Position numbers and translations under genes: made by a program. Under the pieces are notes generated by a model. The model did not search any database and was not told where the DNA came from. It worked only from the letters and a program-made list of their open reading frames with translations. A stretch of 64,000 nucleotides of DNA, from NCBI GenBank assembly GCA_000934665.2, contig JYFJ02000166.1, forward strand, positions 62,001 through 126,000. The letters run 5' to 3'. This DNA is from Catajapyx aquilonaris. Lineage: Eukaryota. Below are positions 37,501-51,900 of this stretch, one piece after another; the stretch's first letter is position 1, and the number at the start of each line of letters is the position of its first letter.

Positions 37501-40500
37501 AACTCAGTGTCGGGGTATCTGAAGTTTTTGCCCTAATGTGTAATCAATTCTTGCCGTCATTGCTAATCTGCGCAGCACCAAAAACGAATCTTCATTAGCC
37601 ATGGCAATGACGGAAGCAATGGTAACTTTTGGCCACGACCGGAGAATGTGAAACTGTTGGAGAAGATGAAACGAGAGTCCTGATTTGGGCTTGCTGCTCC
37701 GCTTGGGATAAGTCAGCGGCATAAAGGCACGGCCCATTAGGTGCAATGAAAGCCCAGAGAGGCATGAAAAGTCTAATCTTACCCAGGTTTTAATTTTAGC
37801 AAAGAGGGAAGGGACCCTTCTGGTTAATCAGTGTGGCTCATAACATTTAAGTGGATTAAGATGACAAGGGAAAACCACTCCGTAAGCCCATAATAAGCCG
37901 GTTATACACGGAAAAAAGTAGTTAAGGAGGAGCACGGGCATGCGTTGTGAGGAATCACTGGAATATATCTGAAAGGCGTTGAATTGAAAGCGGTTTCCAC
38001 AGAGGCTCAAACGTGCCCATTCACAGCCTCTTCCCGATTACACCTTTGGATATATTGCTCTCCTCGGCTGATCTTAATCGTTCCGCGCCATCCTCCACAA
38101 TCCTCCCTCTTCTCTCACGTTCCTTCTTTCTTTCTTTTTTCCTCCGACACATTTTTCAGCTGGACAGACCCCAAATTAATTAGACACGAATTAAAGATGT
38201 TAATCGGGATCGAATCTGCATACATAATCCGGACATAAACAACCCGCTAATACATGTTAAGTGAAACCGTTCGGCTGTTTGACACGACGGTCAGTGTTCT
38301 TCGTGCCCGTTTGTTTAAAAAAATGTGTCCGGACGCTGCTGATTTGCGATTTCATTCCGGAGAGGTCGCAGTTCTTGGCTCTAATTAGACTGCGGAGGTG
38401 GAAGGTCGTTTTGGGACCCCTCAGAAGGACGGCAGGGCGTGGTCACTGGACAAGAAGGCGGTGTGGTGTTGGAGGGAGAGAGTCTCTCTCTTTTTTATTA
38501 TTTTGAAGGCCCGAGCAACTTGCTCCCAGCTTGCAAATGAACCGAGTGGTTAACCGAGGAAAGCAGGCTTCACTGACTTGGATACATCCTCGTAGTTGAT
38601 ACGACCACAGAAGGGGTCAGGCTTGATTCTCAGAGGGGGCATGTTACAGGGAGAGCAGCATCTGATCATCTGAGAGGATTCCAGGGGGTTATACATGTTT
38701 AAGCACATGATATAACTCCCAGGACCTGTTTGGTATCCACTGTTTTTTGGGGGGTTGGGAAGGTTGCGGGGGGCAGCTGCTGAACCTGCTAGTGGCAGGA
38801 TTGTCATAGTTAACAAGTAGCGAACTTGTGACTGATTTGTGTCATGTGTTCCTAATAGTGGTATGCAAGGTCCCTGACCTGTTGTGCAAGCTCGGCAAAA
38901 ATGCTGGAAACGCATTGCAATGCGTAGTTTGGCCTTTGCGGAATCAAGGCTTATTTATTCTACTGCGTGCACCATATATGGAGAAAAAGATTACAGCCTT
39001 CTCTGGACGGTCCCGTTTTCCGAACGGTTCATCAAGGGTATCGTTTTCGAATTGGTCGCGCGCATCCCTTGTTTGCGAAATGGACCAGGTCTATTAAGTT
39101 GGGTTTCCAACTGCCATTGATTTCCCGGGAACAGATAATCCAGACTGTATATATTCCCGCAGCAAAGTTTTGTTCCGGAACGGCTTTGGACCCCGCCGAA
39201 TGAGCGGGGATAATAAATTAGGCCAGGTAATTATCTTGAGTAGGCTATTTGATGAGGAATTGCCTGACGGTCCACCCCGGTATTTTCCGCTCTGCTATTG
39301 TAGCGGGGCTATTTTGGAATCGGGTTTTGCAGGTGGATTCAAAGGCAGACAAGCGGATTCCTTTTCACCGGATTTTATTTTTAGGCTGATATAAGGCCGG
39401 GTAGAAATCGCGAACGTTCGCACGTTTATCTAGTTTTACCCTGCCGCCCATAAATACATTTCGTTGGCCGAGTAGGCCCAAGCAGATATTCTCACACATG
39501 ATATGTAAGCAACTTACTGATACAATTTGTCAGCATTCAAAATCACAAAATAACATGCCGGTATGTACAGTACGTTAGAATTTACTCGAGCAATATGATG
39601 AGAAAATGCATTACTGACACTCTGTATTGCATCGGCCGTAGCATAACATTATACAAGCGAGGACCTTCAAGGCTACAGCGTGTTGTGTATCCTGGCAGTT
39701 AGGCCATGCGAAAGTGTAGTGCGGGTTGCACGCACGGAATTGCGATGTGGTTTGGCCCAAGAAAGTATTAATCCCGAGCAAGAAAGTTGGTTCCGTGGGC
39801 CTTTTGACTGCGGGCTCGCCTGATAAGTTTTGATTTGGCTTGTCCACACGTGTGCATGGTGAGGGCGCCGATTTCCGCGGGTTCGCGTGCCACGGGCCCC
39901 AGTTTATGCATGCGTGGGCGACCGGGGGTCGAACACAGACCGCAATCCGTCTCCCAGATGCATGATACCAGTTAGGTGCAGGTTAGGAGGGGAGGGGGCA
40001 CCCATCATATCTAACAGCACAGGTCCCCCCCCCCCCCCCTATATACCAACTACCCCACCTACTCACCAACTCCTCTTTTTGCTGATGTGTGTAGCAGGTG
40101 ACTCTGACTCATTCTCGGCCTGTGAGTGCTGGTGGGGAAGGGATGGGGGGGGGGGGGGGTTAACTTGCATAAAATTCATGAGGGTGTGACACATGCCGAT
40201 TTCGCTGATATGAAGTTTGAGGCTTTGTTCCACAGTTGTTGTCATGTTGCATTCGTTTTGCAATTTGCCCTGACAAAAATGTTCGCTTCTCATCGTGGAA
40301 TGCGTCGGAGCATTTTTGCGGGCTGATCCCCCCCAACTATAGGGGTGCACATGCAGGAATTGAGCTCGAACTGATGTCTATACTCATTTTATGCGTTCAA
40401 GCAGATAGTTCAAATTATTTGGTTTTGAAGTTAAGAACTATTAGAGCCACTGCAGGGTTTCAGTTGGAATTAGTTTATTAGTCAGTTGAATTATATCTGA

Positions 40501-41003
40501 AGCTCTTTATTATTCCCGCAACTTCATTAGGCTGATGTAATTCATGAATTGATGACTATAGGTTTCTGGCTTAAAGTTTTCATTTTTATTTTCTGTTATG
40601 CTGCACACAATTTCTGTAACATTTGATCTGCACCGTAATGAAAACGTATATCTTTGTGTTGTTTTTCCTAGTTTCAGTGTTACAGTACCGTATATGCAAA
40701 TTTAGTGACTTTGAAGTACTCTACTGCAGTATGAGTAATCAGCTGGACCCTCGCTGCAAGCAGAAGCACTTTCATGGGCTTAGTAGCCTACAGTAAAACT
40801 TATTACTAAATATTAAGCGAGAATGAGAATTTGGGATGTACGAGGGATTACTTGATGGAGGTGTTCTTAACTTATAGAGCAAGTTGGGAAAAGTAACAGC
40901 AAATGTATATCCCCATGTATATGTGCGGTTCCCTATCTCACAGGGCACTCTGTGCGCAGTATGCATGTTTTGCATCGACAAGTATGGAAGGGTAGGGAAN
41001 NTT

Positions 41004-41029
41004 GGGGGTGGGGGGGGGGGGGGGGGGGG
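41004..41029 (+). repeat. Poly-G homopolymer adjacent to NN (41000-41001)
   Basis: Directly visible; possible small assembly gap. Confidence 0.95.
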
Positions 41030-42937
41030 AGCTCTCAGAATCGATGGTTTGGCCAGGCGGAGGGAAGCACGAGAAATTGTGCTACGCACCCATGTGTCCT
41101 TAATACCGTGCAGCGTGCACATTGCTATCAAAGGGACAAACGGCCCAGTATATATAGGCATGTGCGTGCCCATAAAGCGCCTGTCGCATGAGTTGAGCAG
41201 ATACGAGGCAAATACACCCGATGCGAAATTGCAGCGTTAGCAAACCTTGTACTGGCGAATTTGAAACCGGCAGGCAGTTATGACTTAATTATTGCATATC
41301 GGGGTGCCCTCCTCCTCTTTTATTGTTGTGATTATTTTGTTTCACAAGCGTAGAGTTGGAAGAGAGGATAGAGAGAGAGAGAGAAGGGTGGGGGGAAAAA
41401 GGAGGTTATGCATGTTTCCCCCCTTTGGCTTTGTGCGAAATTACAGGCTTTGCGGCTGGAAGCGTGAATCGATTGTGTTAGCGCGTGAATGGCGCTTAAC
41501 AGAAGGAAAGTGGTGGAAGCGACGGAAGGCGATCGTCCTTACTTTCAGGCCCCCGGTAGTAACTGGCGACCCCAGAAGTGGCCGCAGGTATATAGCCATT
41601 GTGTATAGGGGTTGGTCAAGACAGCTGGCGGACGAGGCTGCGGGGAAACAAAAGGGGTTTGCGTGTGATTGTGCAGCAGCGGCTCTCGAACAAGGCGTTT
41701 TTAAAAAAAACCCTCTGGCCTTATTTATTTGTTGGGGAGCGAGGATGACAAACATATAGCCATGGGGTAATTATAGCATCCAAATTTTTGTTGCTCGCCC
41801 GTGTGTATGTGGTACAGACTTGTTGACAAATTAAGGGCTGGGCTCCGTCGAAATATTCAGCCCAAGTTACCGTAGCAGGTGGCTCGAAATGCAGGAAGAG
41901 TCATGACCCGAATTTGTATAAATTAGGGTGAGAAATAATGTTTCGTCGCCGATATTTGTGCAGAAGGTGGCTCGTTAGCTACCTGAAAGTTGGCCCATGT
42001 AAACATCGCTTAATCCCTATATCCCACATACGGAAGTGAAAAAAGGCTTGGGGAAGGGGTGGGAAGGGGTGGGCCAAAGTACTAAAAAAAAGCGACACGC
42101 ATACGTAGGTAAAAATGCATGCACACCCCTTTTGTCTTTCTCGGGCGCAACGGTGTGGCTGGAAGCGAGGCCAGAGCGAAATATTATATTCCCCTGGTGA
42201 ATCGGCTTGGGCTTTGGGCTTGTGTGTAAGCTTTGTTTAAAATCTGGCTTATTGGCCCGTAAATTGGGTTGATTTGCTGGTGGCGCGGGTGCAGCCTCAC
42301 GCCAGTGGCACCGTTTCCAGCCGCCACCAAGCCTTTGATCGAATCTGACGGGATTTCCACGGGCTTGCTGGCTTCCCAGGGAGGGTCCTCGCAGTGTCGG
42401 TAATTTGACGATCACCGGCCCTACCTGATCATATTTAATATACCCCCTCGCGGATTTTTTAGTGCCTTCATCTCATGCCTCTCTCCCCACCACCACTGCC
42501 GGAATCCGATTAATGGATAATCAGGTGGGATCGATCCGGGGGGTCTGGAAATGGGTGTGGGCGGCTTGTGTACTGGCAAGGACAAGATGCTTTAAGGATG
42601 AAGGAGGACCACATGACCTGGGGTCAGGGAGGAGGAAGGAGGGGTCTTTCGGGGAGGTGCATGTTGGGTGAAGGGTCGGCGCGCCGGCGACGAGCGGAGG
42701 CGGCGAGGTGTGGACGGGGGGTGTCGGGTAGTGGGGGATGTCGATCGATGTCGAAGGGGGTAGAGTTGGGTGAGGGTAGAGAGGGGCACCCAGCTCGTGG
42801 GGGGTATAGGGTTGGGTTGGCTGTTGGGGGGTGGGGGGCATGGGAGGGAGGGTGGGTGGGTGGTGGGGGAGGTTGTCGAAGACCCGCCGCCGAGATATCG
42901 ATCTGGGAGCCGCCGCGGGCTGCACGGAATGCTGCCG

Positions 42938-42974
42938 TTGCTGCTGCTGCTGCTGGTGCTGCTGCTCCTGCTGC
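42938..42974 (+). repeat. Imperfect (CTG)n trinucleotide repeat
   Basis: TTGCTGCTGCTGCTGCTGGTGCTGCTGCTCCTGCTGC is directly visible. Confidence 0.9.
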
Positions 42975-45900
42975 CGCTCTAGGCAATATTTCGACATATC
43001 TATGCAAAAAAACAAAAAATAACAGGAGAGAGACAAGGGAATCTGCACCTAGGGTCAACATCAGGGGTCAAGTGGCCTCCAGGCTGGGACCGCTGACATG
43101 TCGTCAACAAGGGGGGCGAATTTGGCAAAAATATGTGGCCCTGGCATTAAATGCGCACAGCCCCCTTCAGTACGTATTGTGGATGAATGACGGTTTTAAG
43201 TGGTCCGATGCGAGGGCCTGTCATGTAGTTTAGCAATTTTTAATATGCTGCCCCCGTCCAGATTTAAATACCTCGTTGTGAAAATAGCCTCTTCGTGATC
43301 ACGGGCATGTCACGGCACAATTTTGCTGTGGCGGAGGCATGACACAAAAAGGACGGCGGAGGGGAGGAGGCCAAGCGGAGCCCAAAATACGCGTAAAATT
43401 TAAATCGCATTACCTGCCGGGGGTTTCTTACTCACCGGCAGATGGACAGAAGAATATCATTAAAAAGCTAGTCTCGACTAAGAAGGAAGTCCCAAGCAGT
43501 CTGGTTGGCGAGTGAAGATCAGAGCGGAGATTCGGAAGTGGCGTTTGGGCTTGCATGTTGTCCCTGCGATTTATTATATATCCTAGAGGAAACGTAACGT
43601 GACCAACCATATCGATGATAATGTTTTGACCCGCTTTGGCTATCGAATGAGTAATGCGCTGTGCCAGCACGGTTGGCTTAGCTTGGAAATTTTTGTGTGA
43701 CAAGATTGCAGATAGGTGGATGGCCGAAACGGTTGTACACACACTATCATATCGCAATAACACTAATATCATCGCTGTTTTTTGGGGGGTAAAAGTGGGG
43801 AGTCAAGGTGGCGGGGGGTCTTCTTGCTTCTTTTCACTTTTTTTTTCTCCCAACCCCCCCCAGTCACGAGCCAAGGCTGGAATCCGCACTGTAAACGCTA
43901 TTGATCCGATGGCGGTCAGTGATAGGCTCCTGCATGGGCCGTATTTACACTGGCATTTATTAGTAATTCATCTGACGGGCCGTAGCAAACAGAAAAATTG
44001 CTTGGCTTTGGGTGTGTGCTTTGCCACTTGGCTCCCGGCTCCATTGGAGTGGAGCTGGGGCAGGCAGCATCAGTAGAGGCAATGCCTCTCTGGAAAAAAA
44101 GGAAGGGGGGGAAAACCGGGAGGATGGAGAGGGGGAAAAAATGCCCAGATGGGATTGGGAGGAGCGCTCGGATGTGAACGTGTAGAGAATGCTGGTTTGC
44201 TGCCGTGGGGCATTTTCCATGACATCCCGAACTGCAAAACACATGTCTCGACGCAGTGCTACACGCCTGTCGTTGGCGGTAGAAATCGCGCCTATCTTCT
44301 GTGGGTGGGTGGAGGGGAGAGAGGGGGGGAAAAAATCCGGTTGTTTACCTACGCATTGTGTTATCCAGGCTCTGGAGGAAGAAATGGTTATGTGTTTTGG
44401 AAAATGGAGTGCTCGTGCTGCAGTGCGTGGTCGGGAGAAGCACGTTCGTGCCAACCTCTTGTTATGTCCCATGGAAGGCCCGCACACCCCAGAGGTGCAC
44501 GCAGGCTTGATAGGTAAAACGACGCATTCTGGAAAATTGCACCTGTGGCAGCCAATTGGAAAATGCCAGGCCCTGTCGGTCACGTTTTCTTATCGCCGTG
44601 CATCCGGATTCGACAGCTATGCTCTGCAGTATAAATTAGCCTATGACCTCCCATACACCGGTGAAAGAGACCGATACCATCTGCTGGTGCGCGCTACTGG
44701 CTTTGAAGTTTCAAGTTCTTCCAGGAATGCCAGTGGTGTCGCCTGTTATTTTTTTCTTCTTCCTCCGAGCAAAATTTCCGGAATGGGCCACCAAAGGCGA
44801 ATTTTTGCCCGGGTTGAACTCTGTGCTGGGACGCGGGCGAATAAATTGTATCAATATAGGAGGCGAAAGTTGTACCACTGGAGGGTGAGGTGACTGAAGC
44901 TGAGCACAACCGGTTTCTGCTGATGTTGTTTCCACCCCCAGTCACCATAAATGGGTAGTTCCTGGAAGCCCAGTCGTTGGATTCTGTACTGCACCAACTA
45001 TTTCTTGTAGCTTTAATTTATTTTTTGTCGGCGGGGCATTCATCTCTGTGTGCAGGGTGGGGCAAGTCTGGAGATACAATGCTACCGAGGGAACTGCTCA
45101 GAGCTATAGTTACAAGTGGTGTGTACAGCCGGTGCATGAAACATGTGTAATGTGTCATTTTATAGACCAGTGCAAATATTACAAACTGCAGGCATCTATC
45201 GAAATTGTGCGGCTGTGTCACTGGGGAAATAGCTAAAGCAACTGAGGCTATCTGGCTACATGATTTTGTGCGTGAGGGAGTCAAATAATGAATCTAATTA
45301 TCTGAGGGGGCGTTAGTTTTCATTAGAATAAAATCTGAAATTTAATTTCGCTCCGAAGTTGTGGCGGGGCTTCACGGCGAGGTGAAATAGTCTGCGAAAC
45401 CCTTTAAATATTGCGCGTGTTACCGCGTCTCCTGGAAGGGGAACCCAGCGAATCAGGACGATTAAGGTTATTTCCAGATAGATGAGTAGGTGATTCCGAA
45501 CCGAAGGAAAAAAGAAGTAAAGAAAAAAACAGAGAGGGAAGAAAACTTTGTTCGCTCTAATCGAATAAAGTTAGGAATGGTTGAATGGAACTTTTTTTCC
45601 AGAAATCTTGTAAGGAGTGGCAACGGTGCTGGCCAGGGAGGGGACGGGAATTTGGGGTGGGGTGGGGAGGGTTGTAGGTGAAGCCCTCTGGAATATGGTC
45701 AGCCAGGTGAGCCAGGTATAGTAAAGAAGGTGGAGAGGGGGAGGGGGGTTAGAAGAGGCAGGGGGGTAGAGGGGAGAAGATGATGGCCCCGTCGCTCCTC
45801 CTACTCATCCCATCCGAAGCATCGACCTCGGTTCCCGCCGAACCGGTTCATGGCCATGCCGTCGATGAGGATGGCTCTCTGAATACCCCTATCTCTTATT

Positions 45901-48900
45901 CCACTAGTTAAAACGTACCAACCATGGAGGACATCGTCTTGTCCGGTACCCGCCGTTTTCATGCGAAATTCGCCAAAAAACATTACAAAGGAGGACGGCA
46001 GGTGTATGCGAGAGTCTTGAACGAAAAATAAGAATTGTGGAGAGGCGCAACCTGCCACACGTGAGGAGGAAATCGCCGCTACATTTCCTGCACCAATTGG
46101 GGACCTTGGCGTGACGGAAGTGCAAGACAAGAGTCACGGGGGGCAGCTGTGAAATTCCTGTAGTGCAGCTGCCCCGTTTTGTCGCTTCAAAGTAGCAGAC
46201 ATGGCCGCAAAAGCAATCCATAATGGCCGCACCATTTCTATTCAGGAGGCCGCGCCGCAAAGAAACTCGCGGATTAAATATTGACAGGTCATAATCCATC
46301 CCGAAGGAGGATGGACAATGGGTACTGGCGCGTTCTTGGCGCCGCCACAGTGATGGGGAAAGGTGTGCGCCACCCCTGAAGTATTGTAATCATACGGAGA
46401 CGGATCCATAGTTGAGTTGGGGACCTTTTGCCAGTTGAAAGTTTCATGTCGGGGAGAGGGGGCTGGACGTAAATGCGTGATTAATTATTGCCGGGCCACG
46501 TATATGGGGGACACGGCGATGCTGCTGGTGTTGCGAGCGTCTCAATTAGTCAAGATAATCGTCGCCATGGTGCGAGTTGAATTTCCACAGTATCCTCCAC
46601 GGCTGTCTTGCACAAAGTGGAGCGGCCACGGTTTCGGCGGCAGGCGATTGTCCAATGAAGTGAATCGTGCCACCGGCAGGGTATTTATAGGGAAGCAAAC
46701 CTCCTCTTTTTTCCCCCCTTGGCAACAAAGCGTATTGTGAGCTTTTGGCCTGAAAATGATGTATTCTCTGTGGATTTGGGCGGCTATAATGGAGCAGTAT
46801 AGGCCGGGTATTTCCGGAGAGAGAATTCAAATGAAGCTGCGGGGGGTCAGTGTTGGTCCATCCTGGCTGCTGCTGCAGGGGCCACTGGCTTACGAGTTTC
46901 GCTCGGGATCAAAGAATAAAATAGCGCGTAACGTCACATTCTTTTAACTGTTATCGACATTAATCCGTGAAATTGAGTTAGAGCGATGCAATTTCAAAAG
47001 CGCGGACCACCGCCCCTCATCGATGAACTAGGGTAGGTGATACCCATTGGCCGGCTTTGAACTGCGATGCTGCTGCTGCAACACAAGCCAATGAATCGTA
47101 TGGAGGCTCCGGATGACTCCCCATATACAACAAAAAAAGGAGTAAAAATTCGATATGCAGGGTTGCCTAGAGTCAAAAGTGGCCGCCGGTAATGTGCCCA
47201 AAACACTGCATTTTTTATTACAACGTAATAATTTGATACGTGGTGGCATTTCAGAACGGGGCTGGGGGGCGCGAGTGTACCTGCAGTTTGCATCAGGTTA
47301 AAGTTTTTTCGGTTATTTTTTTGGGTCGCCTTTTCATTCCGGACGCGATAGGAATGAGCAATGCGGGAGTGACCGGAGGCACTCCATGGATGAGAGGTGT
47401 GGTGAGAGGGTAGGGAGAGGGAGGGGAGATTTTTTTGAAGGAATAGGGGGGAAGGTGAGGGCTGTTCTTTGTGCCCACCTGTGATTCGGAAAGGTTGCCA
47501 CACTGTCTGTTTTTGTCACTGGGAGAGAGAGTAGCCGGGGTTCCGAGAAGCTCAAGGGCAGACGGAGGATCGGACAAAGGAACATGCATGGGAACTTGCC
47601 GTAGAAGTCGGGTTTGAGGGCAAGGGTGGGTTTTCAGATGGGGGTGAAGGGGTTACAGGTGAGGTGGAAGGTGGGGGAGAGGGAGGGAGGGGGGGACGTG
47701 GATTTGGTGTGGAAACCGAGTTGATTATTTATGGCGACCTTCTTCAAGGTTTGGTCGTCCGAAAAAGGCTGTGTGATTTCTTGCCTTGATATGCACTTAT
47801 TTATATGGCCGCCGGAAGCTTGAGAGGAAATATTATATTATTACCCCCGACTTTTTCTTGTCATGCACTAGTTTCCACACTAAGGTTCTGGCTGACAGCA
47901 ACGGACAGCACTGACCTGTCGCTCCGTAAATAACATTTTTGGCCCTTTTTTTGCGGATCCCGAAACGCACATGCCATTTTTTTCGGTCGTTCCTGCTCAC
48001 ACCGCCCCCTTCGGAGTCATAAATGTCACAAACGGCACGAGATCTCCGAAACGCCGTAGAACAACGTATCTTCCTAGAAGCAGCTCGCGTGTCTCCGGAC
48101 ACGGCCGCATGCATGCCCCAGTCTAATTCGGGTTGTAGTCCCACAATCGCATAATGTCAGGTCCCCAGTACGCATATCTCTTGTACCCCGTCTCGGGAGG
48201 TGTTTGCTGGAGCAAGGTCTGCGAGTCGTGTGTTGGGTAAACACAATCCCAGCCCTCTTCCTCCCACTGCCTGCCCCCTCGGTGTCGACCCCCTTGAAGT
48301 TGTTCCAGGCCTTGCGAGGTTTGACGAAGGCGCGGGAAAAGTTAGTTTTGCGTGTGACCGCAGGAGCCGAAACGTGCGAGAGGGCGAAATGGATGGAAGG
48401 GTTTGCGGGGAAAGGAGGTGGGGTGCACGCGACGGCATGCGAGGCCCCTAGTCCGCCGGATTTTATCGCAATCGATCCCTCCGCTTCCGTGTGTGCTTCG
48501 GGGAACGCCGATTATCGCCACACAGGTGTGGGCGCTCCGGAAAAAAAGGGGCTCAGGACGCCACCCCGGAGATGACCTTTTCGGGGATAACCTGACCTGG
48601 CAACTGGCTCGGGTTCAATATACTCCGTCCGCTAGCTAATGCGACCCAGGCATGTTCCCAACAATAATATTGTGATATTTCCAAAAACACATTAACTGTC
48701 GAACGTGACGGAATTCATCACTTGTACATAAGAACCACCTTGTATCATAGATATAAGTGGAGTCATTAACGAGGCAGATGTTCTCCATCCGGGTGATTCT
48801 TTTTCTTCCTCCGTTTATATATTTTTTGTTTCCAGACCGAAGCTCATCACGAGTCCTCAGGTGGAAGGAACGTGAAGGCTTCGAGTCCGAGTTTTTCTTT

Positions 48901-51900
48901 TTTTAAATGGGCGGGCGATTTGCATAAGGTGAAGCCGAGGGGGGAAATGAGAAAAAGAGCGCGGCATTGAGTGGGCGCCGCGATTGATTTATTGGGCGAG
49001 CCCCAGCCCGCTCAGGTGTACCCTTGGGCCATCTCGGATCGCGCTGCTAGTTTTCTGAGCCGGCTATGAAATGGCCGGCCCAAGTGGCCGGAGCACGATT
49101 TGCCCATTTTGCACTCCAGGTTATTTATTAATCCGAGGGAAAAACCATCTCGGTGGGAACAAGACGGATCCGTTTTCTTGTCCGGCTGCGGGTCTACCTG
49201 GGTGGTGACACTACCTTTCAAGGGGAAGATGCTACCACGTTGCCTTGTTTATGGAGAAGGGAGGCCGGTTTATGTATTGGGCGCCTAATATTGCGGCGTG
49301 ATTTTGCATGCAATTTACAACTTGGTTGGCGGCTGGAATTGGGCTTACGGGTCAGAAATATTGCCGGAGAAATCCGGATAGTGGTGTAAATGACGCGTTG
49401 ATTGATTAAAACGGGCGGGATTGTCTCGCCGGCTAATGGTTATGCGTAGAGGCCCAGAAGGTGTAGTTTACAAGAAAGAGCAGCAAGGTCGGTTTTAATC
49501 ATGGCGTAGGGATGCTGCTAGATGTAGGGAGGGCGGTAGAGAGGTGTGGGAGGGGGGTAAAGGGGAGTGTTGGCTGTATGCAAACGATGCAGCTGAGCGG
49601 CCGCGGCTGCTGCTGCTGCAGAGTGGCCATGTTTAATGCATTTGCCACGCTATTCGCATCCTGGATTCATGGCGGCGCTACCGGGCATGACAGCCCCCCC
49701 GATGAAGTCTTTTGGTGCAGAGGATCGAGGCTAATTTGTCTATGTAGTATGTGGCTTGATAGTGATGATAACCTTGGTGGGCCCTTTTTGGTTCGTCAGG
49801 TGGAACCATGCAGGTGGTAATTGATACGATGTGAAGAGTATTGGCCCGGTGGCGCCTTACTTCTCCGTTCGTTCCGTACAGGCCTCATTGATGGGGAAAA
49901 GGGGGGAGTTGGGGGGAATATATACCTAGGGGTAGGGTCGTTCATGGAGTGATGAAGAGTTGCGTGCGCGGATCTGAAAGGAAACGGGGGGCTGGCCGAG
50001 ACCAGTTGACTCTTGGCACCACATCTATTTGGATCCCCTGTGTCACTGACACGAGGTGAGCTCGCCCCACTTAATAAGAGCCGACCACTCTATTTTTGGG
50101 GCGGCATTCAATGGGGATTGATCAGGCAATTGAGACCTACAACCTGTTTACGCCTAGCAACTGTCGGGATTTCTGGATTTTAACAAGCTCCCTGCTAAGG
50201 TGGCTCTGGTTGCTTCATAAGGAGTATAGAGCAAGAAGGCTGATTTTCCCCTTGGGATTGATCAAGCTGTTTGCCAAGTGCAACCTGGTCATTTTTGCGC
50301 TGAAGGATGAAACTTATGGTCAATTCTGTGATTGTGCTGAAAGCACCAGCTGCGGCTGGGGCCAGAATGTGAAGAATTTTAATTAGAAGTCGTGGCTACG
50401 AGAGCTTAATAACCGGCAGTAGAGGCTATGTGGAATCGGTGGAATGGTAGGGTGGGAGAGGTATAGGACGAAGGGAAAAAAATGCGACTTCCTGTCACCT
50501 CTTGACCACATGGGGATAAGCGATGGGAACTCGCGCTCAATTGGCTCGAGTTTTGCTCACAAGAGAGGTGTTGCTTTGCGAGTGTTGATGCCAGTGATAT
50601 ACCAGCTCCGAGTAGTGGTTTTTGGTTCAAGGCTAATGATTCACACAGTTTCCTTCCCTCCTCAAATTTACGCTTCGGATCCTACGACTGCGCTGGCAGG
50701 TTGAGTAAACTGGGTTCTGCCATGGAAGGGGGCTGGGTTTTGTTTCTCGAGGAAACCCGTTTTTTGTGCGCTCCCTGTGGTGTGTATGGAAAGGAAAACC
50801 ACCTCTTATCAATTAGCGTCTTTCCTTGCCATTCACGCTTGGTAACACATTGAGGTCATGATTACTATTCTTTTCAGATCGCCCCTTAATAGCGCGGGGA
50901 GGTGCTTTGCTTTTGGTTATTTTAATAGGGCACCCTCATGAAAACACTTCTGCTCTTTCTGGTGGTCACTCCCTATAGTGAGGAGGCTCGTGGTATAACG
51001 CGTGACGTGATCACGTTCGTCACGGTGGTGATATGCATATTATTATGGCGCATGCAGTTCGGTGTGGGAGAGGTAACGGAACTATGAATAGTATAATCGG
51101 AATCCAGATTGGCGACTTCTACTGTAGCAGCAGATGTAAGCGCTGCGCTGGATTTCTGAATATGGGTGGTATTGTGTGGTGCGTCAGATGCCTTTTGTGC
51201 TCAAGGTTGATGCAGCCTGCTACATCTGGTAGGCGCACCGGGAATCCGAAGAAAATGCTGTATACACACATCCGACCTATTGTCGCTCACCCATTATACA
51301 TGACAGTTCTGATAATGACATATACACAATGCTGATTGAGAAGCATTGTCATTCACTGGCTGCAGACAGGAACAAGTATGCTTTCCCAAACCATTATGTC
51401 CTGACATCACTTGGCAAGTTATTATGTGTGCGTGTTACGCTCGCATTTAATGCAGCAGATACCACAGCCACGCTGTGGGATGTAAACTCGGCAGCGTTAC
51501 TTTCATCACAATTCTCTGCCTGGTTGGACCGGATTTTAATTGACTTGTCCTGGCCTATTACGCTGGTCATCGCTTCTCATGCAGTGAGATATTCCGTCAT
51601 CTGAACTAATGTTCCAGTATAAAACCGGGATTTATATTTAATTATCCGATCGTAAAACCGACCTGGCTTTTTAGCCTCGCTAATGCTGTGGCTTGGTGTC
51701 TGAATTGTACAGATTTGTGCGTTGTCTACGTGGCTTAATTATTATGGGTACATATGAGAGCTTTCGTGGGTTATTTCTCGCGTCTGACGATTACCATGCA
51801 CGAGAAAGGCTTATCAAGACATATGGAGATCTATTACTGTATTATGAATTTCATGGAAATGCTTAACCTCAGGCCAGAACACAGCCAGATTTAACATTTT

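Noticed and set aside
40672..40715. Possible 44-nt exon reading (F)SVLQYRICKFSDFE, echoing CECR2 FCSLFRTAFRLPDFE
   Set aside because: The donor GAA|GTACTC is poor, key aromatic positions are missing and the joined domain would be short; probably chance.
44189..44893. Longest ORF in the track (234 aa), and other long GC-rich ORFs (42568-43233, 43960-44583, 29573-30157, 26692-27117)
   Set aside because: Non-ATG or weak starts, overlapping open frames on both strands, no domains and no coherent splice signals; typical of GC-rich non-coding DNA.
1441..48925. Nine octamer motifs (ATTTGCAT/ATGCAAAT), eight in the same orientation
   Set aside because: They are dispersed rather than clustered, some lie within TE relics, and TGCA enrichment plus strand skew could explain the excess.
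51001..51024. Nested palindromes CGTGACGTGATCACGTTCGTCACG
   Set aside because: Short; 12-bp palindromes are expected several times per window.
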